From positions 1-47,406 of the IMG/VR virus record IMGVR_UViG_3300024951_000014: a stretch of DNA of 47,406 nucleotides. One strand, written 5' to 3'. The notes under the pieces were generated by a model. The model did not search any database. It worked only from the letters and a program-made list of their open reading frames with translations, and was not told the DNA's origin. Below, one piece after another: positions 1-8,670 of the stretch. The position numbers and the translations under genes were made by a program. The stretch is from a virus. Taxonomy: Duplodnaviria > Caudoviricetes. How positions within the stretch are numbered: the first letter of the stretch is position 1; each line of letters starts with the position of its first letter.

Positions 1-1002
1 CTAATTGGAAAGCGTGCCTTGGATGATCCAAGAAATCAGCTCGTTTTCCATTACGTGAGAATCGTAGAAGAACTGCAGCCGAAGTATTGTGTTTTTGAGA
101 ATGTCAAAGGGCTGACTCTTGGAAAGCATTCGGAGTTTCTTAAAGAGCTCATTGCGGCTCTCGGTGACGCCGGTTATGACGTAGTGCTCCCGTATCAGGT
201 GCTCAATGCCGCGGATTACGGGGTACCGCAGGATCGAAAACGACTTTTTTTGATGGGCACAAAGCGCGGGCTCAAAGCTCCTCATTACCCAATGCCTCTC
301 GATCATCGAGTGACAGTAGAGGAAGCGATTGGGGATTTGCCGGATGCAAACACGTTTGCTGAATTGGTCGCAACTGACGCTGTCAGGGCGAAATGGACAA
401 CCAATTCATCATATGCACAACGTCTTCGTGACCAGCAGGATGATCCAAGCGATTTTGGCTATAAGCGTGCGTTCGACCAAGACCTGCTGAGTTCGAGCTT
501 GCGTACGGAGCACACAGCTCTGTCCCAGGAGCGCTTCATGGCTACAGAACATGGTAAGACCGAGTCTGTTAGTCGTTTCCGTAAGCTGCCCCCAGACGGC
601 CTATGTAACACGTTACGTGCCGGCACGGACAGCGCTAGGGGGGCTTTCACCTCTCCGAGACCGATCCACCCTTATCAGCCACGCGTTATAACCGTCAGGG
701 AAGCCGCCCGGCTGCACTCGTTTCCTGATTGGTTTCGTTTTCATGCGACTAAGTGGCATGGATTCCGTCAAATCGGCAACAGTGTTCCACCACTGCTAGG
801 TCGGGCAATAGCCTCGTCGATAGTAGAAGCTCTTGAAATTAAGCCGACAAAACCTCGCCGGATTCTTGATCAGGGATCAACCACGTTGCTCGGTTTGGAT
901 ATGGGGAACGCGGCACGCTATTTTGATGTGCCGCGTGACACCATCGCTCAGCGGACACGCAAAAATGTCGCATCCTCACTAATGGAAGAGACAGATGCCT
1001 GA
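1..1002 (+). CDS. DNA (cytosine-5) methyltransferase, 5'-truncated by window edge
   Basis: Frame open from base 1 (LIGKRALDDPRN, the segment that follows motif IV). Motifs VI FENVKG, VIII QDRKR, IX TVREAARLHSFP and X QIGNSVPP are present. Confidence 0.93.
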   Translation, partial: LIGKRALDDPRNQLVFHYVRIVEELQPKYCVFENVKGLTLGKHSEFLKELIAALGDAGYDVVLPYQVLNAADYGVPQDRKRLFLMGTKRGLKAPHYPMPLDHRVTVEEAIGDLPDANTFAELVATDAVRAKWTTNSSYAQRLRDQQDDPSDFGYKRAFDQDLLSSSLRTEHTALSQERFMATEHGKTESVSRFRKLPPDGLCNTLRAGTDSARGAFTSPRPIHPYQPRVITVREAARLHSFPDWFRFHATKWHGFRQIGNSVPPLLGRAIASSIVEALEIKPTKPRRILDQGSTTLLGLDMGNAARYFDVPRDTIAQRTRKNVASSLMEETDA

Positions 1003-1807
1003 GGGTAAAAAGGTTCGCCGGCCGAACCGTTACGAAGCAATTATTGCGAAGATCTTCGATAATAATTACAAAGAGGGGCTGAGCGAGTTTCAGTTTTCTC
1101 GCGCGGAAATTTCGGCGATTGCTGATGAGTTGAAGATCGTTTTGCCGAAGAATATCGGAGATATTATCTACGCTTTCCGCTATCGGTACGAGCTGCCAAA
1201 GTCAATTTTAGAGACCGCGGAAGAAGGAATGGAGTGGATAATTAAAGGCTCCGGTTCGGCTCTCTATAAATTTAAAAAGGTAAAGCTAAACCGTATACTT
1301 CCTCGCGAAGAACTGATCACTATCAAGGTGCCGGATGCGACGCCAGAGATAATCAGTGCTTACGCCTTGAGTGATGAGCAAGCTCTGCTCGCTAAGGTTC
1401 GATACAATCGTTTAATTGATATTTTTTTAGGTATTACTGCCTACTCCTTGCAAAATCATCTCCGTACTCATGTCAAAGCGATTGGTCAGATCGAAATTGA
1501 CGAGGTCTATGTCGGAATCGACAGGCATGGCCGGCAGTTTGTCGTGCCGGTGCAGGCGAAAGGAGGGAGTGATAAGCATGGTGTAGTGCAGACCGATCAA
1601 GACATTGCTTATTGTAAAGCCAAGTTTCCTGATCTTGTCTGTAGAGCAGTGTCGGTCCAATTTATGACTAATGGACGAATAGCGATGTTTGAACTTACTG
1701 TTCAGGATGATGAGGTTAAGGTGGTAGAGGAGAGGCACTACCAACTGGTAAGCGCCTCATCAATTACTGTCGATGATTTGCGAGCGTATTCTTCGCACGG
1801 TAACTAG
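995..1807 (+). CDS. Putative type II restriction endonuclease (PD-(D/E)XK fold)
   Basis: Overlaps the MTase stop. QIEIDEVY...VPVQAKGG resembles a PD-(D/E)XK catalytic motif. AT-richer than the phage core. Confidence 0.72.
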   Translation: MPEGKKVRRPNRYEAIIAKIFDNNYKEGLSEFQFSRAEISAIADELKIVLPKNIGDIIYAFRYRYELPKSILETAEEGMEWIIKGSGSALYKFKKVKLNRILPREELITIKVPDATPEIISAYALSDEQALLAKVRYNRLIDIFLGITAYSLQNHLRTHVKAIGQIEIDEVYVGIDRHGRQFVVPVQAKGGSDKHGVVQTDQDIAYCKAKFPDLVCRAVSVQFMTNGRIAMFELTVQDDEVKVVEERHYQLVSASSITVDDLRAYSSHGN

Positions 1808-1833
1808 TACGAAGAATTGTTCTAGCGAATGAT

Positions 1834-2901
1834 TTATTTCGTAGGGCGCACAATTTCACCTACACGGCGATATACCTTTCTGGTCATTTCCTGCGTGGAG
1901 TGGCCAAGCAACTGGCTGGCATGACCTATATCTTCGATCTCACTGGCAGCTTTCGGCCGAATATCTCGGAATTGGAATTTTCGGATTTTGGCTGCCAGTG
2001 CTTCATCACCCTCTGACGTAGCTTTCACAGCAGCATTTTCCCGTGTCTCGTCCCAACGATTCCTTAGCATCGCGTAGCTCATTCTCAAGCCTGCTTGGTT
2101 AGTTATCAGGTTTGAACTTCGAATGCCTGTGAAGGCTCTTCTATCAAGCAGGTCGTCCAAAAAGCGGCTCAGGTCGGTGGCGGTGATACCGTTGTGAAGT
2201 CGTATGCGGAGTCTTTTCTCCGTTTTGCCTTGGCCTACCATCAGAAATCCATCGTTCATGTCGGCGATCGATATTTTTAGTACGTCTGCTGGCCGCTGAC
2301 CTGTGAGATAGGCAAGGTCCATAGCATCCTTGAGGTCCTGTGGGGCCTGCGTATAGACGGCTTTCCAAACGATATCTCCTGCGTAGTAGTCTCTCGGCAT
2401 CTCTTTGTTTCGGCGAAGGCCAAAGCATGGATTCGCTTTGTCAGTCATGCCCCACTCACGGGCGAAGGTGAACATCGTGGATAAGAGCGCGATTTCGCGG
2501 TTTGCGCGAACTTTAGCTGTCCGTGCGTCACGGTACTGTGCAATTACCTGCGGCGTTATGGCATCAATCGGGGCAGACTCGAAAGCTTTCCTGAGTTGTC
2601 TCAGGCCTTTTGTGTAATCGTCCTGGGTGCCTGGTTTAAGTTTTGGGATGATCTTCGACTCGTAATCGTCAAACAGCCGGCCCATCAAGTGGACCGGTTT
2701 AGGAACTGCTTTGCGATCAAGCCGTGCCCATTCGAGCTTTGCTTCGTCGAGAACCCCGCCCAAGGGGATCTCGACGCGATTGCCGTCGGCGTCTCTGCCG
2801 TTGTAGTAGTAGCCCACCCAGATCTGGCCGTTTTTCCTTTTGCGAGTGCGACGGATCATCCTTGGTGGCAGGTCTCGGTTTGCTGGTTTCTTATGGCGCA
2901 T
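1834..2901 (-). CDS. int: Phage tyrosine integrase
   Basis: LTGQRPADV (catalytic R), FRDIRPK, LLGHS and VYRR (catalytic Y); 355 aa. Confidence 0.95.
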   Translation of the reverse strand: MRHKKPANRDLPPRMIRRTRKRKNGQIWVGYYYNGRDADGNRVEIPLGGVLDEAKLEWARLDRKAVPKPVHLMGRLFDDYESKIIPKLKPGTQDDYTKGLRQLRKAFESAPIDAITPQVIAQYRDARTAKVRANREIALLSTMFTFAREWGMTDKANPCFGLRRNKEMPRDYYAGDIVWKAVYTQAPQDLKDAMDLAYLTGQRPADVLKISIADMNDGFLMVGQGKTEKRLRIRLHNGITATDLSRFLDDLLDRRAFTGIRSSNLITNQAGLRMSYAMLRNRWDETRENAAVKATSEGDEALAAKIRKFQFRDIRPKAASEIEDIGHASQLLGHSTQEMTRKVYRRVGEIVRPTK

Positions 2902-2903
2902 TT

Positions 2904-3158
2904 TTAGCTCACACGGGAAAGGTCAAGGGACCAAGTTTCGGCGACAGCATTGGTTGCTGATGGGCGTACCCCGGCAAGTTTTAGGCGTGCGTAAACACGG
3001 CCCACGACGGGCCGTTGTGCGCCTGTGAGTACGTGTTCCCAAGCATTTTGAGTCAGCCACTGTCGTTGGAAAGACGGCGTCTTGTACCCGGTTATAGCTG
3101 CCAGCTCATCTTCTGTCAGCGTCTCACTTGGGAGTTGGAACGTGTTTGCTGTATTCAT
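2904..3158 (-). CDS. DUF4224-like excisionase / recombination directionality factor
   Basis: 84 aa directly upstream of int; LTEDELAAITGYK...Q..WL pattern. Confidence 0.8.
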   Translation of the reverse strand: MNTANTFQLPSETLTEDELAAITGYKTPSFQRQWLTQNAWEHVLTGAQRPVVGRVYARLKLAGVRPSATNAVAETWSLDLSRVS

Positions 3159-3919
3159 GCTGCCTCCTTGTCAGCTAGCGGAGAGCAATTCGAATGCTCC
3201 CGCAGCCACGACTGGAACCTGTCCGTTGCCGAGGGCCTTAAGTCGGTCCACCCGATAGGCCATCCCATCAACCACTCGACCCATTCCGGGTTCAGATGAC
3301 CACCATCCAATGCCATCACTGCGTGATCGAGCCGATCGTTTGATCGGTCTGCCCCCGATTTTCGAATTAGCGCGGCAGGGGAAGATCCTTTTGACATGCT
3401 CGCCACGGGCGTTGGCCACCGACTGGCGGGTGTCTTCTGCGATGAGCCAGATCCGGTTTCGCTGGTGAGGCGCTCCGAAGTCAGCCGCTCCGATAACACC
3501 CCATCGCGCGTCATACCCCATTTCGGTAAGGTCACTGAGCACGACGGCAAGTCCTCTTCCCACAAGCAATGGTGAGTTCTCCAGTTCGACGTAGCGCGGT
3601 CGTACTTCATCGGTAATTCGTGCCATCTGCCGCCACAGTCCGGAGCGGGCGCCTGCGATGCCCAAACCGTTGCCTGCGGCCGAGATGTCCTGGCAAGGAA
3701 ATCCTCCCGAAACCACGTCAACAAGGCCTCTCCATGGCCGTCCGTCAAAGCTGCACACGTCAGACCAAATCGGGAAAGGCGGGAGCAGTCCATCGGTTTG
3801 TCGTTGCGCCAGAATCTGTGCGGCGTAGGCATCACGCTCAACAGCGCAGACGGTGTGCCAGCCGAGGAGGTGGCCGCCGAGTATTCCGCCACCAGCGCCT
3901 GCGAAAAGAGCCAGCTCAT
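3155..3919 (-). CDS. Overlapping-frame beta polypeptide of the phage C5 MTase (TRD-like region plus motif IX)
   Basis: WPTP and LNPEWVEWLMGWPIGWT (motif IX-like). Its stop overlaps the xis start (ATGA) and its tail carries an AAGGAG RBS. Confidence 0.72.
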   Translation of the reverse strand: MSWLFSQALVAEYSAATSSAGTPSALLSVMPTPHRFWRNDKPMDCSRLSRFGLTCAALTDGHGEALLTWFREDFLARTSRPQATVWASQAPAPDCGGRWHELPMKYDRATSNWRTHHCLWEEDLPSCSVTLPKWGMTRDGVLSERLTSERLTSETGSGSSQKTPASRWPTPVASMSKGSSPAALIRKSGADRSNDRLDHAVMALDGGHLNPEWVEWLMGWPIGWTDLRPSATDRFQSWLREHSNCSPLADKEAA

Positions 3920-3923
3920 TCAC
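3171..3923 (-). CDS. Phage C5 DNA methyltransferase, alpha polypeptide (motifs I-VIII, X)
   Basis: LFAGAGG (I), GGFPCQD (IV), LENS (VI), HQRNR (VIII) and RLKALGNGQVP (X); motif IX is absent. Confidence 0.88.
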   Translation of the reverse strand: MNELALFAGAGGGILGGHLLGWHTVCAVERDAYAAQILAQRQTDGLLPPFPIWSDVCSFDGRPWRGLVDVVSGGFPCQDISAAGNGLGIAGARSGLWRQMARITDEVRPRYVELENSPLLVGRGLAVVLSDLTEMGYDARWGVIGAADFGAPHQRNRIWLIAEDTRQSVANARGEHVKRIFPCRANSKIGGRPIKRSARSRSDGIGWWSSEPGMGRVVDGMAYRVDRLKALGNGQVPVVAAGAFELLSAS

Positions 3924-4177
3924 GCGACCTCCAATGAAAGACGTTTATACCCCTGGACAAGCTGCGCGAGCGGGCAATTCTGAGCGATTAGCGTTGCATC
4001 AGGAGCGGCTGCCTCGCGCAGCTTTTCGTGGGGTATAAGTGCCTCGGCAGTGGAGGTGAGAGGGTCAATAATGCCTGCTGCTGCGCAGCAGAGGCTGTTT
4101 GTTTCTGGTGCGTCGACGCCAATGGCATTGCGGAGCAAAGCGGTCGATGTCTGGGTGGTGTTCTGTTCCATCTTCAT
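3920..4177 (-). CDS. Hypothetical phage early protein
   Basis: Overlapping start/stop junctions with neighbours in the early operon. Confidence 0.55.
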   Translation of the reverse strand: MKMEQNTTQTSTALLRNAIGVDAPETNSLCCAAAGIIDPLTSTAEALIPHEKLREAAAPDATLIAQNCPLAQLVQGYKRLSLEVA

Positions 4178-4275
4178 GCCGCTTTCCTCCGGTGTTCGAT
4201 AGCCAGTTGGTCCATCAGGCGCTGGTGAAGCGTTAGCCGTGTGTCGGTGGTGGTGGCGGTGGGGGGCTTGTTCAT
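4174..4275 (-). CDS. 33-aa micro-ORF (MNKPPTATTTDTRLTLHQRLMDQLAIEHRRKAA)
   Basis: Fills the gap exactly, with ATGA overlaps at both ends. Not in the ORF track. Confidence 0.5.
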   Translation of the reverse strand: MNKPPTATTTDTRLTLHQRLMDQLAIEHRRKAA

Positions 4276-4487
4276 GCGGCCTCCTTGATCAGTTCGGCGA
4301 GCAGCACAGTGTTGCGGGTGTTCTTGTGCAGCTTACGTAGGGCGTCCTGGCCGATCAGCGTGGTCAGCTGTCGATCGAACTCTTTGCGGAAGCGTGTCAC
4401 TTCGCGAAGCTCGGCTGAGGCCTTCGTGAGCTGTTGTTGCAGCTCTCCAGCCGCTTGGGGTGTGAGGCGTAGGAGGGCACGTTTCAT
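4272..4487 (-). CDS. Hypothetical phage protein (coiled coil)
   Basis: ATGA-coupled; ends in KEAA, supplying an RBS for the next gene. Confidence 0.65.
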   Translation of the reverse strand: MKRALLRLTPQAAGELQQQLTKASAELREVTRFRKEFDRQLTTLIGQDALRKLHKNTRNTVLLAELIKEAA

Positions 4488-4903
4488 GCTGCGGCCTCCT
4501 GCTCTACTGGCTCCAACAGGGCGGCCATGGCGAGTGCTTGTTCGCGGAGGGCGACGGATTCGCGTTCGAGTTTTTTGCCGGTGCGGAATGCGGCGAATGT
4601 TTCGGCGGCAATCCTGAGTTTTTCGGCGATGGCCAGCAAGGTTTGGCGTTGTTGTTCTCCCAGTTTCGAAGTGGCCAGTGCGCGCTCGTAGCGGGCGTAA
4701 AGCTGCTGGTGGTGTTCCCTTGCCTGGTCGATCGACAGCTCCAGGTTGCGGACGGTTTGCGTATGGTCGGATTGCTGGATGGCCATGCCTTCATCAATGC
4801 CCTCGAGGCGACCATCGATGAGGCCGCCGCGATAGCCGGCCCAATAGGTGAGGCCGACGAGCAAGATGAGGACGATCAGTGCGCAGATCTGGGTTGTAGT
4901 CAT
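4484..4903 (-). CDS. Membrane-anchored coiled-coil phage protein
   Basis: Start MTTTQICALIVLILLVGL after an AGGAG RBS; N-terminal TM helix. Confidence 0.7.
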   Translation of the reverse strand: MTTTQICALIVLILLVGLTYWAGYRGGLIDGRLEGIDEGMAIQQSDHTQTVRNLELSIDQAREHHQQLYARYERALATSKLGEQQRQTLLAIAEKLRIAAETFAAFRTGKKLERESVALREQALAMAALLEPVEQEAAA

Positions 4904-4953
4904 GTGGTGTGCTCCTGGTGATTTTGGTTGGCCGGTGGTGGCGGCCGTTTTGG

Positions 4954-5280
4954 TTACTGGTCTTGCGGAATTGAATCGGCCTGTTTCTTTGCTTGCTCTT
5001 CGTCTGCTGAATAGGCCCTGATGTCTATCCACGACGCCAAGTGGCGAATATGGACGTACTTGAAGGACTTTCGGCTGTCTTTAAGCGTGGTCACTGGCAG
5101 CGGGATGCGGCCGTTGTCCAGGTCGGACGCGAATGTCTGTTCGTTGAGATTGCGGAAGTACTGCAGGCGAAGTTTTTCTAGAGGGATGAGCACGTCGCCG
5201 AAGGTGCGGTAGAGCAGTTCAACGGTTACCGTTTCTGGTGCCGGCATTAGCCGGAGTGGGTTCTGATTGGCGTTGCTCAT
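4954..5280 (-). CDS. PrtN-family (pyocin activator-like) regulator
   Basis: LIPLEKLRLQYF...GRIPLPV...SRKS.KYVHIRHLASWID matches the PrtN family pattern. Confidence 0.8.
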   Translation of the reverse strand: MSNANQNPLRLMPAPETVTVELLYRTFGDVLIPLEKLRLQYFRNLNEQTFASDLDNGRIPLPVTTLKDSRKSFKYVHIRHLASWIDIRAYSADEEQAKKQADSIPQDQ

Positions 5281-5452
5281 GGGCTTGCGTGGCCTCCTTG
5301 CGTTTGAATCGTGATGGGTGATTCCAGGCGTTTAGGCAGTGGCGTTTGGTCAGCTCCCGCAGATGTTCGGGTACTTCGAGGAGCGCGGCGTTGCGCTCCT
5401 CGCGTGTACCCATGGCGATGATCTGGCGGGCGTATTCCCTAGGCCACGTCAC
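5219..5452 (-). CDS. Hypothetical phage protein
   Basis: 77 aa in the early operon (YARQIIAM.TREERNAAL.EVPEHLR). Confidence 0.6.
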   Translation of the reverse strand: MTWPREYARQIIAMGTREERNAALLEVPEHLRELTKRHCLNAWNHPSRFKRKEATQAHEQRQSEPTPANAGTRNGNR

Positions 5453-5723
5453 GGTTGTCTACCGGGATGCCTGGCAGCTCCAACCCCAGTTGCTCGGCCA
5501 GCCAACGAATGCCGGGGTGTTTGACCCGGGTTGATTGGCTGTACTGCATGCCGAGTTGTTCGTGATACCAGTGGCCGTCCTTGACCCTTAGGTAGTAGCG
5601 GTCACGGGTGGGGTAGGCCGGCAGGTTCCGTTCGTTTAGCAAGCCCTTTTCCCGCATCAGGGAGATGAGCTTGGGCCGTGTCAGGCCAAACTGACTTGCG
5701 GCCTGGGCGAGCGTGCGTTCCAT
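5439..5723 (-). CDS. Phage antirepressor KilAC-domain protein
   Basis: MERTLAQAA..FGLTRPKL...REKGLL...STRVKHPGIRWL; GAGGGG RBS upstream. Confidence 0.72.
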   Translation of the reverse strand: MERTLAQAASQFGLTRPKLISLMREKGLLNERNLPAYPTRDRYYLRVKDGHWYHEQLGMQYSQSTRVKHPGIRWLAEQLGLELPGIPVDNRDVA

Positions 5724-5733
5724 GGCATCCCCC

Positions 5734-6324
5734 TCACGCAGCGTGTGCGGCAGGTGTCGCCGCAGCAGCCAGGTGGTTGATGGACTCCACGACCTTGCCG
5801 TAGATCTCGACATCCGTGCCGCACACGGTGAAGCATTTCGTACGCGGGCTCTTCACTCCGATGCTCAGGATGGTGGTGACGCCAGGGCGGGTGTGGGTGC
5901 GGTGGATCGCGACGTGGAGTGGTAGTTCGAAACCCATGTCGAGGCTCAAGGTGCCGCCGGTGATGACCAGCTCGAACACGCGCTGCCTGTCCTGAAGATC
6001 AAACCGGCCGTATTCGCGCTTTGTGTGGGGCAGGTAAGACAGATCACCTGTGTTGCTCGGTTCGAACGGGCCGTTGGCGATTTCTTCGATGAAGTCGGCC
6101 AGCTTGAGGTGCATCTTCTTTTCGTTGTTCAAGGTCAGCGTGTGGCGTTCGCTGCCCAGTTCGACGACGAAGGTGCTTTCCTTTGTGCCATGTTCAACCT
6201 TGAGACGGAACGCTAGGCGTTCACGCTTGGGCATTGTCCGAAGGACGTGATTGAAAGTCTCGGTCAGGTTGACCTGAGCATTCAGCAACTGCAGGGTGCG
6301 GTTGTCGAGTTTGAATTTGCTCAT
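5734..6324 (-). CDS. Hypothetical phage protein
   Basis: 196-aa ORF in the early operon. Confidence 0.7.
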   Translation of the reverse strand: MSKFKLDNRTLQLLNAQVNLTETFNHVLRTMPKRERLAFRLKVEHGTKESTFVVELGSERHTLTLNNEKKMHLKLADFIEEIANGPFEPSNTGDLSYLPHTKREYGRFDLQDRQRVFELVITGGTLSLDMGFELPLHVAIHRTHTRPGVTTILSIGVKSPRTKCFTVCGTDVEIYGKVVESINHLAAAATPAAHAA

Positions 6325-6497
6325 GCTGCGTGCCCCCCACCATTCGGGTCGAATGGCGCGGGAGCGGTGCGGGCTTTCGGCTTCGGTTTGGTGGTGGCAA
6401 ACGGGCAGCCGTATTCGCGGGCAAGGCGGCGAATTTCGAAGATGCGGAAGGGGTCAGCAGCGGCTGGATGGACATGTAAGGTGGCTGTGGTGTGCAT
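6321..6497 (-). CDS. 58-aa first gene of the pL operon (MHTTATLHVHPAAADPFRIFEIRRLAREYGCPF...)
   Basis: GAGG RBS and ATGA overlap with the next gene. Not in the ORF track. Confidence 0.6.
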   Translation of the reverse strand: MHTTATLHVHPAAADPFRIFEIRRLAREYGCPFATTKPKPKARTAPAPFDPNGGGHAA

Positions 6498-6532
6498 GGT
6501 GTTGCCTCGCTCTGTGGTGGAGAGTGAGGCAA

Positions 6533-6582
6533 ATATTAACCATAAAGGTTAACTATGCAAGAAAAAATAACCTCCTGGGTGT
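6533..6582 (-). promoter_or_regulatory. pL/oL: sigma70-like promoter with CI operators
   Basis: TTGCAT(6560-6555)-16 nt-TAATAT(6538-6533). Operators TAACCATAAAGGTTA (6537-6551) and TAACCTCCTGGGTGT (6568-6582) match those between cI and cro. Confidence 0.7.
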
Positions 6583-7943
6583 TATGAGGCTGAGCTGTTC
6601 GTTGCCAGGTCTATCAGCAATTCACGTGACTGTCTGTCTATTCGTTTTTTAAATTCGTACTCAATTTCTTCGTCAGTTAGACCGGTTATATTTTTATTGA
6701 AGTAGTCCGTTAGTACGGCCTGCATCTGAGGAATGGTGTATTTATCAAAATTTGGTACATAGTTTGTAATGTGGCGGCGTCGATTAATTTCATAAAAAGC
6801 CCTAACAAAACTTTTTGGTGTTATTGGCGCTTTAAATCTCTTTACTAATCGGTCGACATATAAATCTAGTTGATGAAGCAGTTTTTCGTCATCGATTTCA
6901 GAAAAAAAGAACAGCCAACCTCGGCTCTTTTCTTGAAAGACACATCCCGTAATTCGCATGTTCAGGCGCCAAGTTAAAAAGTCTAGACTTTTTATTTTTG
7001 AATGTTTGTAGCCTGTAAATATCGAGGCAAGCGAGTCTTTTAATTTTTCAATGGAGCCAGAGCGGGCAGTGGTGATAGGGGTGTCAACTTTTTTAATTAT
7101 TTCGTTTCGGAATTCATAGCCTAAGTAGTCAAATTTTTCACCCAGCTTGCCCATGGAGGATTTATGAGGTGCCTCAATAGGGTCGTGGACTTGAAGTCCA
7201 ATGGATTTAAACTGATGAACGATTTCCTTCGCAATGTTTTCTTTATTGGTGTCGTTGCATAAAATTAGAATGTCATCGACGTAACGAAAGTATTGTGCGT
7301 CTGGTAGCGTGGAGAATTTTTTATCGATGTTTATTAGGTAGACTGCAGCTAGTACATTAGAGATGGCCAGCCCTTGTGGTACGCCTATGGTATTGGCAGT
7401 ATCAAATGAGCTGGATTTGCTAACGGTTGGTGTTGAAATAGCATTGATAATAAGATTAAGTATTATCGGAGAGCGAATTTTTGATCTCAGTCTTTTTAGA
7501 AGTTCTTCATGAAGAACCGTTGGGTAAAAATTACTTACATCTAATTTGATAAAGCTATCGTATTTTCCGGAGTCAACACAATTTTTTACAATGCGGACGG
7601 TATCTTGAGGAAGCTGAAACGAAATCGAAGACTGATATGTGTGCATTAAAACATCACAAAGAGCTCGCAGGCATATCCGATCACGAATTGTAGGGATCGA
7701 TATCTCACGGGGAGATTTTCCTCTGCCTTTGCTAACGAGTTTTAATTTGTACTTTGTAAACGCATATGTTCCGGCTTTCGCTTTTCTTGATGTAATGGCA
7801 ATTTGCTCTTTGAGCAGGCGCCAGAATTGTTTTTGGGTTAAGTTGTCAATGCCGGTGGCACGAGAAAGTACAATATGTTCGGCATAGATTTTTTTCAGGT
7901 TTTTAGTGCTGAAAGCTTTGTTGAAGTGAGCCTTGGCGCTCAT
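6582..7943 (-). CDS. Defence-associated reverse transcriptase (UG17/DRT10-like)
   Basis: SKGRGKSPREISIPTIRDR, KLDVSNFYPTV, GVPQGLAISNVLA, YFRYVDDILI and FDYLGYEF. No retron NAxxH/VTG motifs and no intron maturase/EN domain. Confidence 0.88.
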   Translation of the reverse strand: MSAKAHFNKAFSTKNLKKIYAEHIVLSRATGIDNLTQKQFWRLLKEQIAITSRKAKAGTYAFTKYKLKLVSKGRGKSPREISIPTIRDRICLRALCDVLMHTYQSSISFQLPQDTVRIVKNCVDSGKYDSFIKLDVSNFYPTVLHEELLKRLRSKIRSPIILNLIINAISTPTVSKSSSFDTANTIGVPQGLAISNVLAAVYLINIDKKFSTLPDAQYFRYVDDILILCNDTNKENIAKEIVHQFKSIGLQVHDPIEAPHKSSMGKLGEKFDYLGYEFRNEIIKKVDTPITTARSGSIEKLKDSLASIFTGYKHSKIKSLDFLTWRLNMRITGCVFQEKSRGWLFFFSEIDDEKLLHQLDLYVDRLVKRFKAPITPKSFVRAFYEINRRRHITNYVPNFDKYTIPQMQAVLTDYFNKNITGLTDEEIEYEFKKRIDRQSRELLIDLATNSSAS

Positions 7944-8515
7944 GTAGAGGTCCCTATTTCCATCGCAAAAAACATCCCGATTGGCAGTAAATACAAAATT
8001 GTCAAAGCGGTGCAGCGTTTAAGGTAGTAAAAAATAACCTTTAACCAAATAAAACAAGTCGGATGTTTGGTTAGACCGCGGCGATGATGTTTTGGCGAGG
8101 GGTGGGAAAGATACGTGTCGCAGAGAGTAATGCAGTAGTCAATATCTTCGTGGTTTTCGCAGCTTTTCAGAATCTCTTGATATCGTATGTTGATTTTTGA
8201 GATATCTGCATCCGCCGCCTTTGCTTGTGTATAAAGTTCTTGCAGGCTTTCATAGCATTCTTTTATCAGGTTGGCCCTTTCTTTGTAAGATAGTCCATTA
8301 ATGAACCCTGAAATACTTAAGATTAAGACTGAAAAGGCAACCCATGATACGTTCGCATAACTACTGGCTGTGGCTTTTAGGTAGTATACAGATACAGCTG
8401 CTGATAAAAATGAATACCAAATTAGAAGCAGTTGCGCTTGAAAGGCATTAGCGAGTAATCGTTTTTCTGCTTGAATTCTGGATTTGCGGGTCCACCAAAT
8501 GTTGTCTGCGAACAT
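7940..8515 (-). CDS. SLATT-domain transmembrane effector (SLATT_5-like)
   Basis: IWWTRKSRIQAEKRL start, two TM helices, YKERA..IKECY, ENH..IDY and a C-terminal TM. AAGGA RBS; ATGA overlap with the RT. Confidence 0.82.
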   Translation of the reverse strand: MFADNIWWTRKSRIQAEKRLLANAFQAQLLLIWYSFLSAAVSVYYLKATASSYANVSWVAFSVLILSISGFINGLSYKERANLIKECYESLQELYTQAKAADADISKINIRYQEILKSCENHEDIDYCITLCDTYLSHPSPKHHRRGLTKHPTCFIWLKVIFYYLKRCTALTILYLLPIGMFFAMEIGTST

Positions 8516-8535
8516 TTGTAAAAATTCCTTTTTTA

Positions 8536-8670
8536 TGGAAGGTGCGATGGGGTGCCGATTTTAGTTAAGAGTGTAACGCTCGTTTCCGAGCAAGCCCGAA
8601 AGCTAAGAGCCGAAGCCCTTCGTAATTAGTTGCACCCATTTCTGGATGGTCGAGTTACCAACACACCCCA
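8536..8670 (-). ncRNA. Putative RT-associated structured ncRNA
   Basis: Three adjacent hairpins (AAGGGC-UUCG-GCUCUU, AGCU-UUCG-GGCU, GCUCG-GAAA-CGAGC) enclosed by GGUGC/GCACC and an outer GGUGUGUUGG/CCAUCGCACC helix. Ends are approximate. Confidence 0.72.

Noticed and set aside
6582-8670. Retron, group II intron or DGR interpretation of the RT
   Set aside because: No NAxxH/VTG motifs, no maturase/EN domain or intron-sized RNA, and no avd or TR/VR pair seen.
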